Notes: generated by a model from the sequence alone, not told the origin. Numbered from the stretch's first letter, positions 42,112 to 54,429 are shown. The stretch is 64,000 nt of DNA from Chrysomallon squamiferum (GCA_012295275.1 CM022667.1:17918001-17982000), one strand, 5' to 3'. Translations and numbers: made by a program.

Positions 42112-42536
42112 TTTTGCATATGTGTGTGTAGGTAGATAAGTAGGTAGTTAGGTATGTAGGTATGTTTGCTACTTAAATATGCAAGTACGTGTGAATATAT
42201 ATATATATATGTATGTGTGTATAAACATACGTAAGTGTATCACATCTTCTACGTCTGTGCGCACAAAAACAAAAATTCCAAACATTCTTAAAGCTGACTA
42301 TGAAACATGTACCTGCTGAGAACTGATTCTTTTGACCTGCTCTTTGTAATGGACTTCACTTCAGTACCGCGTTTGCCGTAAGTAAAAGCCGCAGCAAGGA
42401 TCCGGGTCTGGGTTTTCGCCGGGTGCTGTAGTAGCCGTCTGTCAAAACGACCGGTCACTGTAGGCGGTGACACGTAATGCATGTGACTGCGTTTAGAACT
42501 TCTGATACTGCTATCTACTGAATTCATTGTCCTCAT
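37829..42536 (-). CDS. Uncharacterised multi-exon gene; exons 42536-42313, 40676-40553, 40095-39958, 39613-39474 and terminal acidic exon 38359-37829
   Basis: Four GC-richer exons with GT donors, AG acceptors on the three internal exons and consistent phases (2,0,0) give a continuous ORF (MRTMNSVDSS...WNSSFQALRLEKERNDL...YHVDDEEMSKLRELSR). The last exon is D/E/K/N-rich. The phase between the fourth and last exon does not match, so the model is incomplete. Confidence 0.55.
39264..39351. repeat. (CT)n microsatellite
   Basis: About 44 CT units. Confidence 0.97.
40325..40495. repeat. Minisatellite, about 36-bp unit GACACATAATCATACAGAAAGACAGAGAGATAGATA, about 5 copies
   Basis: GACACATAA recurs at 36-bp spacing. 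Confidence 0.85.
41401..41830 (+). repeat. About 430-bp direct repeat, copy 1
   Basis: Colinear with 42829-43295 (e.g. CATTATAACCAG...CGCAGGCCTAATAATAAACACTT, CATAACTGATGGCAGAAAATTTG, CTGTGGTGTCGTAAAATATTAATCT). Confidence 0.9.
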
Positions 42537-42828
42537 TCCGAGAGATAAAAAATAATAATAACAAAAGAAAAAGAGAAATGTAGTACAGGGGTGTAAATTT
42601 ATATATACACTCACACATTCACACACACCCACGCGCGCTGACAGACTGAAGACAGAAGGAAGAAAATCAGATAGTTAGATAGACAGACATACAGACGGAT
42701 AGTCAGATAGTTAGATAGACAGGCAGACTGATAAATAAATACGTGGACACATATATTATAAACAAACATATATGCATGCATACATACAACGTGTAATTCA
42801 AAATTAACCCTTTTAAAATAAAGTTCTA

Positions 42829-43295
42829 TAATACTGTATTTAAAAAATACTTTACAGTATTTATCCTCAGCTCTTCGAATGTGCCATTTTCACATTATAA
42901 CCAGTGTCTCACCCCGCAGGCCTAATAATAAACACTTGCTATAAGTGAAAACGTTTAGTAGGTGTCCTCTGAAAACTATGTATGTATGTATGTATGTGTC
43001 AGAAATATTATTTTAAATACCATAACTGATGGCAGAAAATTTGCAATTAGATGTATACTAATGATGCCACTAAATACAGATTTGACGTCCTATAGTACAT
43101 GAAACTGTATCCATTTTGTTCTATAGACATTAAACAAAAACTATATTTCTTCCTTTGCTTACCAATTCTGAAAACATTATAGCCGATTTTCTCCTCCTTC
43201 GTTTTTTCTTTTCTTCTGTTCTGTGGTGTCGTAAAATATTAATCTTCTAAATCAAACTTACCGCGATATATAACTAAACTATAGTACTATAGCAC
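42829..43295 (+). repeat. About 465-bp direct repeat, copy 2
   Basis: Same sequence as 41401-41830 with an insertion of about 29 nt and a TATG expansion. Confidence 0.9.
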
Positions 43296-43329
43296 AAATC
43301 ACACACACACACACACACACACACACAAA

Positions 43330-43371
<42 letters not shown>

Positions 43372-43605
43372 CACACAGAAGCACACAGTATAAAATATAG
43401 CAAAATGTTAATATTTTTTAATTACCTGTCTAGGTTTGTGAGTATGTTTTTTGTGTGTGTGAACTTATTTCTGTACCTACTATTTTTTTGTACATTTTAG
43501 CATTTTTGTATATCTTTATAGTGTTTGTTTACGTATTATTCGCCATGTTTATGTGTGTAAACGTTTCTCTTTGTGATTTTTTTAGTTGTCTCTTGTTTTT
43601 CTGCT

Positions 43606-43730
43606 GTGTTGGTATGTGTACTTGTTTTTCTGTTTGTGTTGGTATGTGTACTTGTTTTTCTGTTTGTGTTGCTATGTGTACTTGTTTTTCTGTTTATGTT
43701 TCTATGTGTACTTGTTTTTCTGTTTGTATC
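43606..43730. repeat. 30-bp minisatellite GTGTTGGTATGTGTACTTGTTTTTCTGTTT, about 4 copies
   Basis: Exact 30-bp periodicity. Confidence 0.9.
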
Positions 43731-46700
43731 TGGATTTTTGCAGGTACTGTTTCTGATTGTCTGCATTTGTCTGTGTTCTTTTCCTGTGCCTAAATATTAA
43801 CATGTGTTTGTAATCTGTGTTTGTGTACCTAGGGTTTCTGTTTGTGTTTACTTGTGTTTACTTGTGTTTACTTGTGTTTTTCTCTCTCTTTTGAGAAGAT
43901 TGAGTATACTGTGTCTGTGGCTATTTGTGTATTTATATGTATTTCCCTGATAAGTGTGTAATGATATACGTACGCTGGGTTTTTAATTTAAAGAAAATAA
44001 ATAAACAGAATACAGAAAGACAGAGAGCCAGAGGAAAAAAAAGATGCAGAGATACATACATACATACATAAATACACACACACACATACATACATACATA
44101 CATACATACATACATACATACATACATACATACAAACATACATACAAACATACATACTCACATCCATGCATGCATAGGTACCTATACACATACATACATA
44201 TACATATACTTACACTGACAACACATGAAATACAGAAAAGGTTAATGGTAATTACCTTTAACAAAGCTCAGTATAACCCTCAAAGTACGTACTTGATTAC
44301 TCAATGAACAAAAACAACCTCTCGCCGCTCCTGTGTAGTTCAGCACAGTTCACATTTCATGGTTAAACAGTACTTCACCCCACTGAGCTCCACACTGCTT
44401 ACCTCCGGCATAAAACACTTAAATATAAGTACAATGACAAACGAAACCCGTTATTTACTTTCAAATAGCGTTTGTCCAACAACACATGTATTTACCAGCC
44501 CTCTGTTTAAGGCGAAAACATTCGCATTATTTTGTTCGAGTATACCCCACGTAACGTTTAGTCGTAAAAACAGTTCTTTTGTTCATTAAATACAAAAAGT
44601 GACTATTCATTTCTGCAAAAAGGGAACTGGCAATAAAAATAATAAAATATGCATGTATATCTGTGTGTGCATATACATTTCTAGAAATTTCGATTAAACG
44701 TTTATATATATAATATACATGTACTTGAAAATTCATAACTTCACTTCTACTAGTACTACAAAAATACGTTTTATACCAAATTAATCAGAGTTAAAAACAT
44801 CTAAATGATGAAATAGATTAGAATGGATAAATTATAAAAATAAAATAAAATAATTAATACGACTAAATAAACAGTTCACAAAAACACTTCGGAAATAATC
44901 AAGAGGCTTTACAGTCTCTGCATCTATGTTTTTCTATCAGTTGTGTGGGTCAAAAGCTTTCACTTGTATACTCAGATTAAATTAAGAACTTTCGTTTGAG
45001 ACTGTTTAAGCTAACTCCATGAACGATTTCCACTAAACATATAATCATATGGCGGCGGCTAACACAACCGATTAACATTAAATCTTTATTTCACAGTATT
45101 TTTTTGTTGTTGTTGTTGTTGTTGTTGTTGTTTTTTTGTTTGGTTTTTTTTTTGGTTCAGAGAATCCATTAAGCATTCATAATCGGAAAACAAAAATAGG
45201 TCCCTACTCAAATAATGTTGGGGAACTTGGTCTGGTTGGTCCCGAATCTTACTGTATTCAGTCGAATCGTATATAAACATCACCAAACACAAACATCCGT
45301 AAAAAATCTGACACGAGAAGACATGGCGTTGTTAGTCTTTTTAACTTTACCCCTTTTACACAGTCAGATACCTGGACTTTCAATGCTTGTAAGGACTGGC
45401 TGATGACAGGGCATCTACTTCTGACACCACCAAACAAAGCAGTTTTGAAAAGTCTTGGAAAGTTTTGGAAATTCGTTGCATTGTTTTCCAGGACCTTAAA
45501 AGTTTTCGAAAACTTTAGCTATGGAAAAGTTATGGAAAATTATGTCCTTGTCGTAAATAAAACGCATGAAGAACTGGTTCGTTTCACCTATAATCACCTA
45601 TATTTAGCCCCGGCCCAACGCCCCGTTTTAGCTAATATAATGATGTACCGTTATAGCTTAGCTAAACATTTTTTAAAAATTGATAAAAATAATCCATACG
45701 TATTACATTACTTAGCTGGCTTAGAAAACTTTACCGCTGACTGATATTAAGCTAAATGTTGTAACTTGAAACAAATTTAGGAAGGATTCTTGCACAAATG
45801 CGTTCAAATTATATGGATATTAGACCAGTGTGTGTGTGTGTGGTTCATGGGAGTATTCATTGTCTGTGGAAGTGTATTGAAAATTCAAAAAAACATCTCT
45901 ATTTTCAGAACAATATGCATTGTTAACTGACATGTATATGAAAAAATCGGCTTTAAAAAAAAAAAAAAAGGGGGGGGTTAAAATTAACCGATTTTTAGAA
46001 ATTAACATTTCTTTGAATTATATGATTTCATCAGTTTCGGCATTTCTGAGTGCGTACTAAATATGGATTAAATCATTATTATTAAAAAAAAACATTTAAT
46101 AATAATAATAATAATAATTTAAAAAAGAAAAAAGAAACTAAAATGAATAATGGTACAAAAAAGTTTTATTGTCTTTTTAATATGCCCGATGATCAATAAA
46201 TTTATATTATTTATATTATATTTATTTATTGTAATGCAAAACATGATGAGTTTTTAGTAAAATATTATCAAGATTCACGTTATTTTTTTTAATTTTTACT
46301 TTCTTTCTTTTGTTATTTATTTATTTATTTATTTTTTGTTTGTTTCCGAAGCTAAAAGAAATAACAAAAAGTATGTATTGTAGCGAAAGTTAGTGTTTCA
46401 AATTGGTGACCGTTTTTCATTTTTATAAAAATGGCAGAAATTACTGGAAAAAATTAGCGTGTGTCTTGACAGCTCACAACTGAATGAAATTAAATGGGTA
46501 AATACATAATTTTATTTATTTTTTATTTTTAGTTATTTTTATTATGTTTTTTTTTTATATATATATATAGATAGATTATTAGTTAGCTATAGCATTGGTA
46601 AACTAGGCGATAAATATGTTTTTCAACTATCGTAATAATTTAGAATTTATTAACCCATGTTTGATGTTGAACAATCAAGTGACACGAGCAACTAAATAAT

Positions 46701-46878
46701 AATAATAATAATATCTAAATAAATAAATAAATAAATAAATAAGAACAAAAATAAACAAATACTTCTTTTTTTTTTCACTTCGGCTTAACTTTTTATAATA
46801 ATCAGTTTATGGGTACAGCTGAACTGATATCACTGTTCAGAACTTTTGATTGGATGGTAGAAAAGGTTAACACAATAG

Positions 46879-46972
46879 GCAACTGTTTGATACAGCGAAG
46901 CTTCTGCGACGGACACGCCCTCTGACCTGTCAGAAAGCGTGCCCGTCGCAGACGTGCTTCACAACAGCTTGC
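46879..46972 (-). ncRNA. GC-rich long hairpin, candidate structured RNA (pri-miRNA-like)
   Basis: 24-nt inverted arms 46903-46926 and 46929-46952. All three mismatches are G-U on the minus-strand transcript. The stem extends via GAAGC/GCTTC and GCAA(G)CTGTT/AACAGTTGC. Confidence 0.4.
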
Positions 46973-47738
46973 TCTGATTAGCACGTTAATTTTTTTCCAA
47001 TTCCAATTACAGCGAAGCTGCTTAATTACATCTCCATAGAGACATGGCTATTGGCTTGGCCTGATGAGTTGTTTGTCTATTTGTATCATTGTTCATTTTC
47101 AAAGTGACATTTGAACTGACAAGACAGTATAACAAAGTAGTCAATTTTAACAAAAAATATGTTAAAAGTTTTTTTTTTGAAAATAAATTGAAAAATATGA
47201 ACATTCATAAATGTAGGTAAGTATACTTTGCCATTAATTACAATTAATTAAATTTGGTTATTTGCTAATAATCATACTTTTTATTTTTTGTTAATAGGAA
47301 TTTCTAAAAAAAACGATCATATTTAATTTTTTATAATTCAGAAAGATTGTTTGGCATAATATATTATTATTTTAGACCTTTTCAGCTATATATGTTATAA
47401 ATGTTTTAATCACAAATGTTTTAACATTTTATTCATTTTTGGTTATAGTTTTAAATCTATGATAATTTTTAAAATCATATGTTCAAATTAAAATTAAGAA
47501 TATTAATAAAAAATGCTTAAAATTTGTGCCGTTCCATATGGAAAACATTAGTACAAAAATACCTTTTCAGTTTTAACATTTAATTACTTTTTAAATTATT
47601 AACTTAGAATGATTCAAAAATAAAGATACTTTATTTTAAATTTATTTCCAAAAATATGAATGGATATTATTTATATTTATTATTTTATTAAATAAAATAA
47701 GAAATTCTATCTTTTAATTTTAATTTTTTATCACCTGA

Positions 47739-47891
47739 TATGCTCACACTGGTATGCTCACACTGGTATGTTCACACTGGTATGCTCACACTGGTATGTT
47801 CACACTGGTATGATCACACTGGTATGTTCACACTGGTATGTTCACACTGGTATGTTCACACTGGTATGCTCACACTGGTATGTTCACACTG
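47739..47891. repeat. 14-bp minisatellite TATG(C/T)TCACACTGG, about 11 copies
   Basis: Near-perfect tandem array. Confidence 0.95.
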
Positions 47892-49967
47892 TGTTTTATC
47901 TGGAACTGTCAGTCTGACAAGTCAGTGTGTCAGAGTGCAGACTCATCTAAGGGTTCCTTGTCCTGGATGATAGCCAGTGGCTGGTCAGTTATATAACATT
48001 TAGCTTAGGCACCTCAATTACATTTAATATTTTTGAGGGGTCTTGCATAGGGGGTCAACATTATTTTTATCTAACTGACCTAAATCTTTAGGAATGTTTT
48101 TATTGTAAAGATCCTGAGATTTTTTTCAGTTATTATATTTGCTGATAAATGGTCAGAGTTTTAACCTGTATTATACATTGAATTACAACAGGGTTATGTT
48201 TATTATTAGTTAACTGTTTGCTATTAGATGATGAAAGCCCACCTCAGTGGAGGGGATGTTAAGTTGGTTTTATATAATTATAAAAATGAACTTTTCAGGG
48301 GATTTATACTTGCAGTTGACACAGATGGTACAAACAATTTCAAAATTTTATAAAAGTTTATATTGATCAACAACCCATTTCTAATGTGTGCCTCAAACAG
48401 ATATATTATAAATATAGATAAAATAATTAATGTCCAGTTTTAAAATGTTTATTTTATTCAATTGAACCATGTTGAACTATCGTCCAGATATTTTTTATTT
48501 TAAGATTTTGTTCACATCAATCTGCCATACAAAAATTATTTAAATATAATATTTAAAAGAAAAAAAAACAAAAAACAACAACAACAACAACAGAAATAAT
48601 AATAATAATAATAATAATAATAATTATTATTATTATTATTATTATTATAATAAATGACATATTTAAAGAAATAAGACATTTCACCATTAGCTCAGAAATA
48701 ATAATAATAATATGGAGAACTTCAGAATTATATACACGTCTTTGTAAAAGCATCTTTGAATGAAATTAATCTTTTCTTGTATGATGATGATCTAACTGTT
48801 TGGTAGTTTTAATCTTACCAGTTAACAGCAAATGATATTTTATATGTGTGATCAGTCTAGTTTCTCTCATTTCCTCTTTCTAATTTCACTGTGAATACTG
48901 ATGATGTTTTATTTTATATTTTAAATATTTTAAATTTTATTTTATTTTATTTATTTTTCTATATACATTATTTTATTTATTAATTTAATTTTTCATCAGA
49001 TATTTACTTGTCTATTTTAATTCTGTGTCCTGGGATTTCAGTAAAGGGCCCCTATTGTTTTCCCAGAACATAGTTTGAAATAGCTTGCTTAAGATCCCTA
49101 AATAATAATCCAAATTTATCTGCTGTAAATTGTTCTTCTATATAATTTTTGGCATCACATTTACTTGGCAGATTTGTAGAATAAATGAAGGTATCTTTGT
49201 GTTGGAACATTTGATGAATATTCAGATATCTTCATATTTGTCTGGCATGTTCACATAATAATTCTGATATATTCATGTTTGTATAGCAGATTTGTGGAAT
49301 ATTTTTTTAATCATAAAGATTATAATATCCCATGGATTAAAGTAATAAAATATCTGATATGAGAGATACCTACTAGGTTTCAGAATTTCTAGCACCAAAC
49401 ATCAGGAATACCCCGTTTAATTACTGTAAAATATTGGTCATAGTCAAACATAGGAATAACCAATTCAGTGGTGGATCCAGAAATAAAATAATGGGGGTAG
49501 GCTGGATTCGAATTGAATAAACATACCAAAGATGATGAACAATGCACATATTTTGCCAAGTTGTGATATAAAGTAAAAATTGAAAAATCTTCTCTTTCTA
49601 ATAAATGCTGATGATGTTAGATCGGTTAGATCGTCACAAACACTTTGGTTGATGTATATGCACCAGTAAATAAAATACAACCATTTTCAGTCAGGAGAAA
49701 ATGATGTCAATACATTGTTTTGTGTTGTACATTGGCAACACTGTTATGGTTAAGATGACATTATTAAATGTGTCACAGATATGAATAACATACAGGTGTC
49801 TGTGACATCATTTTTAATGTATTTTGATCAGTAGAGTAACTTCATAAAATTCATTAATTATATTTGAAATGAATATTGAAAAAAAAAAAAAAAAACATTC
49901 ACCTCCACTGAATCTTCTTTTTATTAAATGTGGTGTCAAACTTTTTTATACAGTTGAGTACCTTTTC

Positions 49968-52900
49968 CATTGTTGTCAGATACACCCAGGGATGTAACCC
50001 GTTTTATAGTACTAAGCATTAGCGAAAACCATATCATAGTCAGAGGGACAACATGTCTTTTGTTGTTTCAGTGGTAAACACTAGGAATACTCATATTTAT
50101 AGTTGTCAGACATAGACTACACCTCTGCTATTCTTGTAGTTGTAAAACACTAGGGAGGCCCATATTTATAGCCGGCATACATCGATTACATGTTTGCTGT
50201 TGTTGTAGTGGTAAAACACTAGGGTTACCCATATTTGTTGTTGTCAGACATCGACTAAATGTATGCTGTTGTTGTAGTGGTAAATCACTAGGGATACCCA
50301 TATTTAAAGTTGTCAGACATCGACTACGTGTCCGCTGTTGTTATAGTGCTAAAGCACTAGCAATACCCACATTCATCATTGTCGGACATCAACTACAGGT
50401 CTGGCGTTCTTGTGATAAAACAGTAGTGATAAACTTTTTAATTATTTCCAGACATTGGCCACCTGTCAACCGTTTTATAGTGGTAAGCACTAGCGATAGC
50501 CATATCAGACACACTGAATACGTGTCTGCTTTTGTTCAACTGGTTTAACACTAGACATACCCATATTTCTTGTTGTCAGACATCGACTACATGTCTGCTG
50601 TTGTTCTAGTGGCAGAACACTAGAGAAACCTACATTTATTGTTGTGATACCGATTACGTGTCTGCTGTTGTTATAGTGGTAAAACAGCGGGGATACCCAT
50701 ATTTATTGTTGTGACATCGGCTACATCTCTGCTTCCGTTGTAGTGGTAAAACATTGGGGTAGCCATATTTCTTGTTGTGACATCGACTACATGTCTGCTG
50801 TTGCTGTAGTCCTAAAACAGTGGGGTTACCCACATTCATCATTGTCAGACATCAACTACATGTCCGGTGTTCTTGTGATAAAACAGTAGTGATAAACTTT
50901 TTAATTATTTCCAGACATTGGCCGCATGTTTTCCGTTTTATAGTGGTAAGCACTAGTGATAGCCATATCAGCCAGACACTGATTACATGTCTGCTTGTTG
51001 TTGTAGTGCAGTAACAGTAGGGATACCCAAATTTCATTTCTGATGTTGATGTAGTGCTATAACGCAAGGCAAACCCATATTTATAGTTGGCAGACATCGA
51101 CTACATGTATGATATTCACTAGTCATTTACAACTACAACAACAGAAGACATGTAGTCGATGTCCGACAACAGAAACTATGGGTATCCTTAATGTTTTACC
51201 GATACAACAACAGCAGACAGGTAGTCGATGTCTCACAACAATAAATATGGGTGTCCCTAGTGATTTACCACTCGAACAACAAGCAGACATGAAGACGATG
51301 TCTGACAGCAATAAATATGTGTATCCCTAGTGATTTGCCACTACAAGAAGACATGGGTATTCGTAGTGTTTCACGACTACGAGAACAAGCAGACATGTAG
51401 TCGATGTCTTACAAAAACAAACATGAGTATCCCTAGTATTTTACCACTACCAGAAGAACAAGCACACATGAAGTGTATGTCTGACAGCAATAAATATCAG
51501 TATACCTAGTGTTTTACCACCACAACAACATCAGACATGTTGTCGATGTCTGAAACTATAAATGTAGATATCCCTAGTGTTTCACCACTACAACAAGAAG
51601 CAGATATGTAGTCGATGTCTGACAACAATAAATATATTTCTCCTTAGTGTTTTACCAATGCAACAACAACAGACATGTAGTCGATATCTGACAACAACAA
51701 ACATTGATATCCCTAGTGTTTTACCATTACAACAACAAGGAGACATATAATCAATGTCTGACAACAATAAATATGGGCATCTCTAGTGTTTTACCATTAC
51801 AACAACAAGCAGACATATAATCGATCTCTGACGAGAATGTCCAGTGGGTATTCCTAGTGTTTTACCAATGCAACAACAACAGTGATGTAGTCCAGGTCTG
51901 ACAGCAATTAATATGGGTATCCCTAGCGTTTTACCACTACAACAACAAGCAGACATGTAGTCTGACAACAACAAACATGGATATCCCTAGTGTTGTACCA
52001 TTACAAGAACGGGAGATATGTAGTCGATGTCTCATAACAATAAATATGGGTATCCGTAGTGTTTCACGACTACGAGAACAAGCAGAGATGTAGTGGATGT
52101 CTTACAACAACAAACATGTATATCCCTAGTGTTTCACCACCACGACAAGAAGGAAACATTTAGTCGACGTCTTACAGCAATAAACGTATATCCCTAGTCT
52201 TTTACCACTATAAGAACAGCAGAGATTAATCGACAACTGACAACAATAAATATCGATATCCCTGGGGTTTTACCATTACAAAAACAAGGAGATATATAAT
52301 CGATGTCTGACAACAATAAATATGAGCATCCCTAGTGTTTTACCATTTCAACAACAAGCAGACATATAATCAATGTCTGACGAGAATATCCAGTCGGTAT
52401 TCCTAGTGTTTTACCAATGCAACAACAACAGAGATGTAGTCCATGTCTGACAGCAATTAATATGGGTATCCCTAATGTTACAACACCACAACAACAAGCA
52501 GACATGTAAACAGTATCTGACTGATATGGCTGTCGCTAGTGCTTACCACTATAAAACGGAAGACATGCGGCCAATGTCTGACAACAATTAAAAAGGTATT
52601 CAATACCGTTTTATCTCAAGGATACCAGACATATAGTTGATGTCTGACAATGATGAATGTGGGTATTGCTAGTGCTTTAGCACTACAACAACAGCGGACA
52701 TGTAGTCGATGTCTAACAACTTTAAATATGGGTACCCCAGTGTTTTACCACTACAACAACAGCATACATTTAGTCGATGTCTGACAACAAGAAATATTGG
52801 TGTTTTATCCAGTCGGTATTCCTAGTGTTTTACAACTACAGCAACAGCAGAGATGTAGTCGATCTGTGCCAACTATAAATATGGGTCTCCCTGGTGTTTT

Positions 52901-53553
52901 ACCACTACTACAAAAATAGAGATGTAGTCGATGTCTGACGACAATAAACATGGGTATCCCTAGTGTTTTACCACTACAACAACAGCAGAGATGTAGTCGA
53001 TGTCTGACAACAGTAAATATGGGTATCCTTAATGTTACACCACTAAAACAACAGCAGACATGTAGTCGATGTCTGAGAACAATAAATATGGGTATCCTTA
53101 ATGTTACACCACCATAACAACAAGCAGACATGTAATCAGTATCTGACTGATATGGCTGTCGCTAGTGCTTACCACTATAAAACGGAAGACATGCGGCCAA
53201 TGTCTGATAACAATTAAAAAGGTATTCAATACCGTTTTATCACAAGAACACCAGACCTGTAGTTGATTGTGACAATGATGAATGTGGGTATTGCTAGTGC
53301 TTTAGCATTACAACAACAGCAGACGTAGTCAATGTTTGAAACTGTAAATATGGGTATCCTTAGATTTTACCATTACAACAACAGCAGAGATGTAGTCGAT
53401 GTCTGACAACAATAAATCTGGGTATTCCTAGTGTTTTACCACTACAACAATAGCAGAGATGTAGTCGATGTCTGAGAACAATAAATATGGGTGTCTCTAG
53501 TGTTTTACTACAACAAAACAAGCATACATGTAGTCGATATCTGACAACATTTG
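49968..53553. repeat. 69-bp satellite array in two inverted arms (left about 49968-51108 reverse, right about 51125-53553 forward); foldback-like
   Basis: Monomer CTAGTGTTTTACCACTACAACAACAGCAGACATGTAGTCGATGTCTGACAACAATAAATATGGGTATCC, with 69-bp spacing (e.g. 53428 to 53497). Orientation flips at about 51110-51125. Confidence 0.93.
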
Positions 53554-53886
53554 TTTTAAATAATAAATTGCATTATTTCTTTTGAATTGTGTAAATAACA
53601 ATTGATTTCTTTCTGTTATTTTGTAGAAACAATGACATCAATTTATTGATAACATCCAAATTTGTTTATTTGCTAGTTAGTTATTTATATTTAGTATGCT
53701 TCCTATGGTTGTTCAAGTTGTTAGGCTTATTCACCATCATGATAAACAATTAAAATGTACATTTTAGCCAATATAATGAAGCGCCGTTATAGCCTAGCCA
53801 AAGAAAATGGTTCCGTTTTAGCAGTGATTCCGTATTAGTGTGATCTTGAAATAGATCATCACCAGTTTGCAGCACGTTACATAATA

Positions 53887-54429
53887 CAGTGGTACCTTGA
53901 CATTAATTCGTTCCGTGACCGAGCTCGTAACTCAATTTGCTCGTATATCAAATCAATTTTACCAAAAGAAATTAATTGAAATACCTTTAATCCGTTCCAG
54001 CCCCCCAAAAACCACCCCAATTTTTGTAACGTATTTTTAAATAAGAAAAATATATTGTATAAATGACAAAAAGCTTATGTTTTTCCATGATTTCATGCTT
54101 TAATTCATTGGACATCATCCGCTTCTTCTTTTCAGCATTGTCCTTTGCACTCTCTTAGGATCCACGGAAATTTGGCAAAATAGTGCACAGAACGCGAGCA
54201 CAACACAACAGAGATGCTTCCACGGCGAGGTAACCACGTGAAGCCAACGAGTGAGACGCGGGATGCTGGGCGAATGCAGTGTTGTTCGATGCGCCACTAG
54301 CGGCGGCGTGTCCGAAGCTCGCTCGTAACTTGGATTTTGGCTCGCAGATCAAAGCATAAATCGACCGGGCGGCTGCTCATAACTCGAAAAACTCGTAAGT
54401 TGGAGCACTTGTAACTCGAGGTGCCAGTG
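53887..54429. mobile_element. Non-autonomous Tc1/mariner (Tigger/pogo-like) MITE
   Basis: TA|CAGTGGTACCTTGA...TCGAGGTGCCAGTG|TA: imperfect TIRs with a TA target duplication, repeated internal CTCGTAACT motifs and a GC-rich interior. Confidence 0.85.

Noticed and set aside
48596-48650. (AAT)n abutting (ATT)n palindromic microsatellite (also about 55375-55402)
   Set aside because: Common by-product in AT-rich genomes; no evidence of function.
50040-53550. CRISPR-like array or poly-Cys repeat protein (69 bp = 23 codons, e.g. KTLGIPIFIVVRHRLHVCCCCSG)
   Set aside because: Contiguous diverged monomers with no unique spacers and no cas genes in a eukaryotic context. Frequent indels and stops limit ORFs to about 108 aa or less.
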